Of a stretch of 64,000 nt of DNA, positions 59,601-64,000 are shown piece after piece. Both the position numbers and the translations under genes were made by a program. The stretch comes from Ministeria vibrans ATCC 50519 (taxonomy: Eukaryota > Protista > Filasterea): positions 53,973 to 117,972 of the forward strand of contig CALSCP010000408.1 of assembly GCA_943704425.1 (NCBI GenBank), written 5' to 3'. Below the pieces are notes generated by a model that worked only from the letters and a program-made list of their open reading frames with translations, was not told the DNA's origin and ran no database searches. The stretch's first letter is position 1. The number at the start of each line of letters is the position of its first letter.

Positions 59601-62600
59601 GGTGCGTGTGCCGCCGATTTTGACTGCGGTTGGTGCGTGACCACGCATACGTGTGTCGCACGCCTCAGCACGGCAGCGGAAACTTGCGGCACGTCGGCGC
59701 TGGCAATGGACGCGAGCGAGTGTGAATCGTGTACGCACGAGTATCGTTCGTGCGACGAGTGCGCGTCGCGTCCTACCTGCGAGTGGTACGCTTCACGCGG
59801 CTGCCAACCGCGCTCGTCGGCTGTGGACGTGTCGCCCTCGACGGGCATTCGACTCATCTACCGTAACGTCAGTCAGTGTGAGGTGCCCTGTCGTCTGCGA
59901 CCCAACTGTGCCTCGTGCGCCGACACGGCCACTGCATCGCCGTGCTACTGGTGCGAGAGTACCAACTCATGTGTAGATCAGGCTAGTTTTACATCGCTCT
60001 ATCCGCTCGGCCAGTGTCGCAGCTGGGTGTCGACTGGACGTGCAAGCCAGTGTCCCAATTGCACACGACACGACTCATGTGCGTCGTGTATCGACAACGA
60101 GCAGTGTGGCTGGTGTTTTGACGCCTCGTCGCCAGCACGTCCAGGACACTGCGTCTTTGGTGCGCTTCTTGGCTCGACCCTCTGTCCGGCCACTACCACC
60201 CACACCACCGCCAGTAATAGCACAGCGATGGTGACAACGACAATTGTGCGATCTTGGGCCTACACGTCGTGCCCCGACATTGATGAGTGTGCGGCGGGCC
60301 TGGCGCTTTGTCATGCGAATGCAACGTGCACGAATCTGCCCGGTTCGTTCTTGTGTGAGTGTCTGCCCGGCTACACTGGCACGGGTGTACATTGTGTGCC
60401 CGTCTGCTCGCAGGGATGCGCCAGTGGCGGTGGAGTCTGCGCGGCACCCGACGAATGTGTGTGTCACGATGGTTTCCACTCGGCCAACTGCTCGCAGGCG
60501 TGCATCTGCAATGGCCATGCCAGTTGTGATCCAGTCAGCGGTGTGTGCCATGCGTGTCGCGACAACACCGAGGGTGGTTCGTGCGAGCGGTGTCGCGCCG
60601 GGTACTTTGGAGACGCGCGTGCGGGCGGTACCTGCTCCCCCTGCGAATGCGGTGTGTACGGCGACGAGTTGTTGGGCCTGTGCTCGCCAGTGACTGGCGA
60701 TTGTTTTTGCCGTGCACCCGCGACGGGCGTTCTCGGATGTGATGCATGTCAGACCGGCTATTATGCCGTGCGCAATGCAACATCAACCCAGTTGTTGCGC
60801 TGTGTGGCGGCGTGCGACGAGCGGGTTCAATTAGTGCAGCAGTCGGGCTACTTGGGCACAGGCAAGGGACAGTACGATCCCATGAGAACGTGTCAGTGGG
60901 TAATTCAGCCGGCGGGTCGGGCCAATGTCACAGCAACCGCCTCCCAATCGACCGTGATACGTTTGACCTTTCGTCGTTTTGCAACAGAGTGCTCCTACGA
61001 CTATCTCTTTCTCTTTGACGGTGACTCGGTGCGCGCCCCTCGACTTGGCTCCTTTTCGGGCACCGGACTGCCCGCGCCTGTTGTTGCCTACTCAGGCGCA
61101 TTGCTGGTTCGCTTTTATTCAGACACGAACTTTGTTCTGGACGGATTCGAGGCGTTCTACGAAGTGGTTCCGCTCGCGAGCGTCGCCTGTCCTCAAGACT
61201 GCGGCAAGTATGACGGGCGTGGCGCGTGTAGCGACGATGGTCAGCGATGCGAATGTGCGTCCGGATGGAGTGGTGCGGACTGTGGCACGGTTTTCAATGG
61301 CAGCACAGGTGGCACGGTTGCAGCAGCTCGCAATGTGTCCCAAGTGGGTGCTTGGCAGGCGCTCACCGTCGGACTTTTGGCTCGTGCGAGTCACACCGCC
61401 ACCTACCTTGCCGGCGACGATTCGTTGGTGATCCTCGGCGGCTATCTCCAGCGATCACAGAAGGTGTTGTGGCACGCGCAACGGTACAGCTTTGCTCGTG
61501 ATGAGTGGCAGTGGATTTTGCATGGTGCACACGAGCCGAGTGCGCGCTACTCGCATGCCACGGTGGCACTCGCTCCCACGCGACTTCTTGTCTTTGGTGG
61601 TGAAACGTCAAACTTGACGACCAGCGACGAGATGTGGACGTACGAAGGTGGATCGGGCACGTGGAGCGACCACACGTCCACGCTGCCTCCGCTGGGTTCG
61701 CCAAATCGACCGCACGCCGTGTCGGGTCACTCGCTCACGTATGTGCCAGCCAGCTCGAGCGTATACCTCATTGGTGGCACGTCCGACATCTATGGCTACA
61801 CGGCGTCCATGTTTCACCTGGACACGGATCGGCTCGAGTGGACGCGAGTGCCGGAGCCCGTCTCGGGCGGACTACACCCGGGAGTGTTTGGTCATGCGGC
61901 GGCCGTTGACCTCGTCAGCGAGCGAATCTACGTGTCGGGTGGTCTGCGCTCATCGGGCACCTCTTCTTTCAATACCGATGCGCTCTTCATCTACGCTTAT
62001 CGCACCAACGAGTGGCGTCGTGTAGCACCGCGCTCCGGCGACAATTTACCGCCACACTATCTGGCCACGAGCGTCTGGCACGACGGACGTTTAGTGCTTG
62101 CGGCCGGCAGTACGTTCTCGCACGGTCTTCAGTACCCCTGCTATGCCTCCGATGTACTCGTATACACGCCCGAGTGCAACTCCTACCAGACCCTAGCGCG
62201 ACCGGCGAACGCGACGGGTCCCACGCTGGCAGGTAGTATTGGCAGTGCGGGTGCACTGCGTGGCGACCAACTGATTGTCTCGGGGGGGTTTGCGGGCGTT
62301 TCTCAGGCAACCTCCTTGGCACTGCAACTGCCGCGTGGCGACGAGTGGTGCTCGACGCATGACGTGGCCACGTGCGCGACCAATCCAAGTTGTACGCTTG
62401 CCAGAGAACATGTCAATGGGACGCTCACGCGCCAGTGGTGTCTGTCGGTGACCGCTTCGCGTGCGCTGCCGTCGTCGCCCTTGCTGACTTTCTTGTCGTA
62501 CGAAAATCAGACGGCGTGTGACCCAACCCCGTGCAACCAGTTGTTCTCATGCGACACATGCACCGCAGCGACTGGCGTCTCCTGCGGTTGGTGTGTTGGT

Positions 62601-64000
62601 GCTTTGGCGTGCATGGAACGTGATGGCGCAGTGGCGTCCGCCTCGAGTGTCGGCTGTCCCGCGTCAACCACGTTTGTCACGACACCTCAAGAGTGTTTTG
62701 ACAGCGGGTCGTGTCGCACGTCGGTTGATTGTCGCGACTGCAACGACCGCTCGGGGTGCATTGCGAGCAACCAGTTCCTATGCAGCTCGACACAGGAGAC
62801 GCCCGCGCCAGTTGCCGTCACGTGTAACCCCACATGTGATTCGCACGCGACGTGTGGCGAGTGCACGTCCGGCTCGAATGACGAGTGTGCCTGGTGTGAT
62901 GCGACGTCCAAGTGCATTCGTTTTGACGGCTACCTCGGCCTTCAGGTGTACGGCCAGTGCTTGGCTTGGACCCGCACCGCATCCCAGTGTCCCAAGCCGT
63001 GCGCAACGCACACAGACTGCGAGTCGTGTGGCGAGCAAGCTGAGTGTGGCTGGTGTGCTGAGCCGGGAGTGTTGGGACGTGGTGTGTGCATGGACGGCGC
63101 GGCGAGTGGTCCGGCGACGGCAGCGCAGTGTACGACACCCAACAACTGGGCGTACACCACGTGTCCCGACGTTGATGAGTGTCTGCTGGGCACGGCGACG
63201 TGCGCAATGAATGCGACGTGTGCCAACCTGGTGGGCAGCTACGAGTGCACTTGTGATGCGGGATTTTCGGGCGATGGACTGAGTGTGTGCGAGCCGGTGT
63301 GCTCGCAGGGCTGTTCGAATGGTTTTTGCCTTCAGCCGGACGTGTGTCAGTGCTTTCTGGGCTACCGCGGGTACAACTGCTCGGACGACTGTGGCTGCAA
63401 CGGCCACAGTCATTGTGTGCGTGCTAATGAGTGTCTGCAGTGTCTCGATCACACGACGGGCGCACAGTGCGACGAGTGCGAACAGGGTTATTTTGGGACG
63501 GCCATTGGGGGCGGACTGTGCCAGTCGTGCGAGCAACTGTGCCATGGCAATTCTGCAAACTGTACGGGAGGTGCGAGCGGCGGTACGTGCGTGAACTGTG
63601 CGAACCAGTCTCGTGGGGACTTTTGCGACGAGTGTGTGGCGGGCTACACGCTGTACCGCGCGGCGCACATCAAGACGGTGCCGGGAGAGTGCCACGCGTG
63701 TCCATGCAATGGCCACTCGACGACTTGCGATGGGCGCACGGGGGTGTGTTCGCAGTGTCGCGACGGCACTCAGGGAGTTCATTGTGAGCAGTGTCAGGAG
63801 TTGCTCGTGGGCTCGGCACTGAATGGTGGTCGGTGCTTTCGCACCTCCACGCAGGATGTTGCACCGAGCGTGGGTCAAGAGCTTCTCAATGGCGAGCAGA
63901 TGTCGGTGGTTCTGTCGCCTCAGTTCCACGACACGCCTGTGCGCGTGACCGTCGATGTGCGGGCGGGTGGGCGTGTGGACTTGGTGACGGCGATGGACGC
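56696..64000 (+). CDS. MEGF8/attractin-like protein (SP-CUB-EGF-Kelch-PSI-PA14-PSI-EGF/LamEGF-CUB-EGF-Kelch-PSI-EGF/LamEGF...); intron 56996-57236; runs off the window
   Basis: CUB FATECAYDFLFVYDGD and a second FATECSYDYLFLFDGD; Kelch repeats (HAM...VFGG, GHSA...VFGG); PSI C..C....CGWC; Ca-EGF CPDIDEC and CPDVDEC; the ORF track reports no stop in this frame from 57237 to the end. Confidence 0.85.

Overview
Gene-dense, intron-containing eukaryotic DNA with short GT-AG introns, frequent intronic (CT)n/(CA)n microsatellites and two N gaps. TOLLIP-, SORL1-, MEGF8- and OGFOD3-like genes suggest a unicellular holozoan-like protist (inference). Genes in order: TRMT11 3' part, small membrane protein, complete Mutator (MULE) element with ~100-bp TIRs and a 9-bp TSD, HIBADH, TOLLIP, membrane-anchored DnaJ protein, sphingolipid desaturase, pogo-like DD36D transposase, truncated EGF/Cys-rich secreted protein, truncated acyl-CoA oxidase, DEDDy exonuclease, ~3250-aa DUF6606/DUF3638/DUF3645 protein, cluster of poly(A)-tailed short repeats, ankyrin protein, UIM/MIU ubiquitin-binding protein, two convergent four-TM paralogues built from small exons (largely missed by the ORF track), Tim17-like gene, intronless BRCT-SUKH fusion, tRNA-Trp(CCA), OGFOD3, GT48 beta-1,3-glucan synthase fused to an N-terminal secreted GH-A-like barrel, truncated MAPK and SORL1-like genes, and a MEGF8-like gene with a PA14 insert running off the end. 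The most notable items are the GH-A/GT48 fusion, the hidden tetraspan pair (candidate 3-nt exon, GC donor, 1-nt intron shift), the BRCT-SUKH fusion and two probable chimeric joins at microsatellites. All family assignments come from motif recognition by eye; no searches were run.
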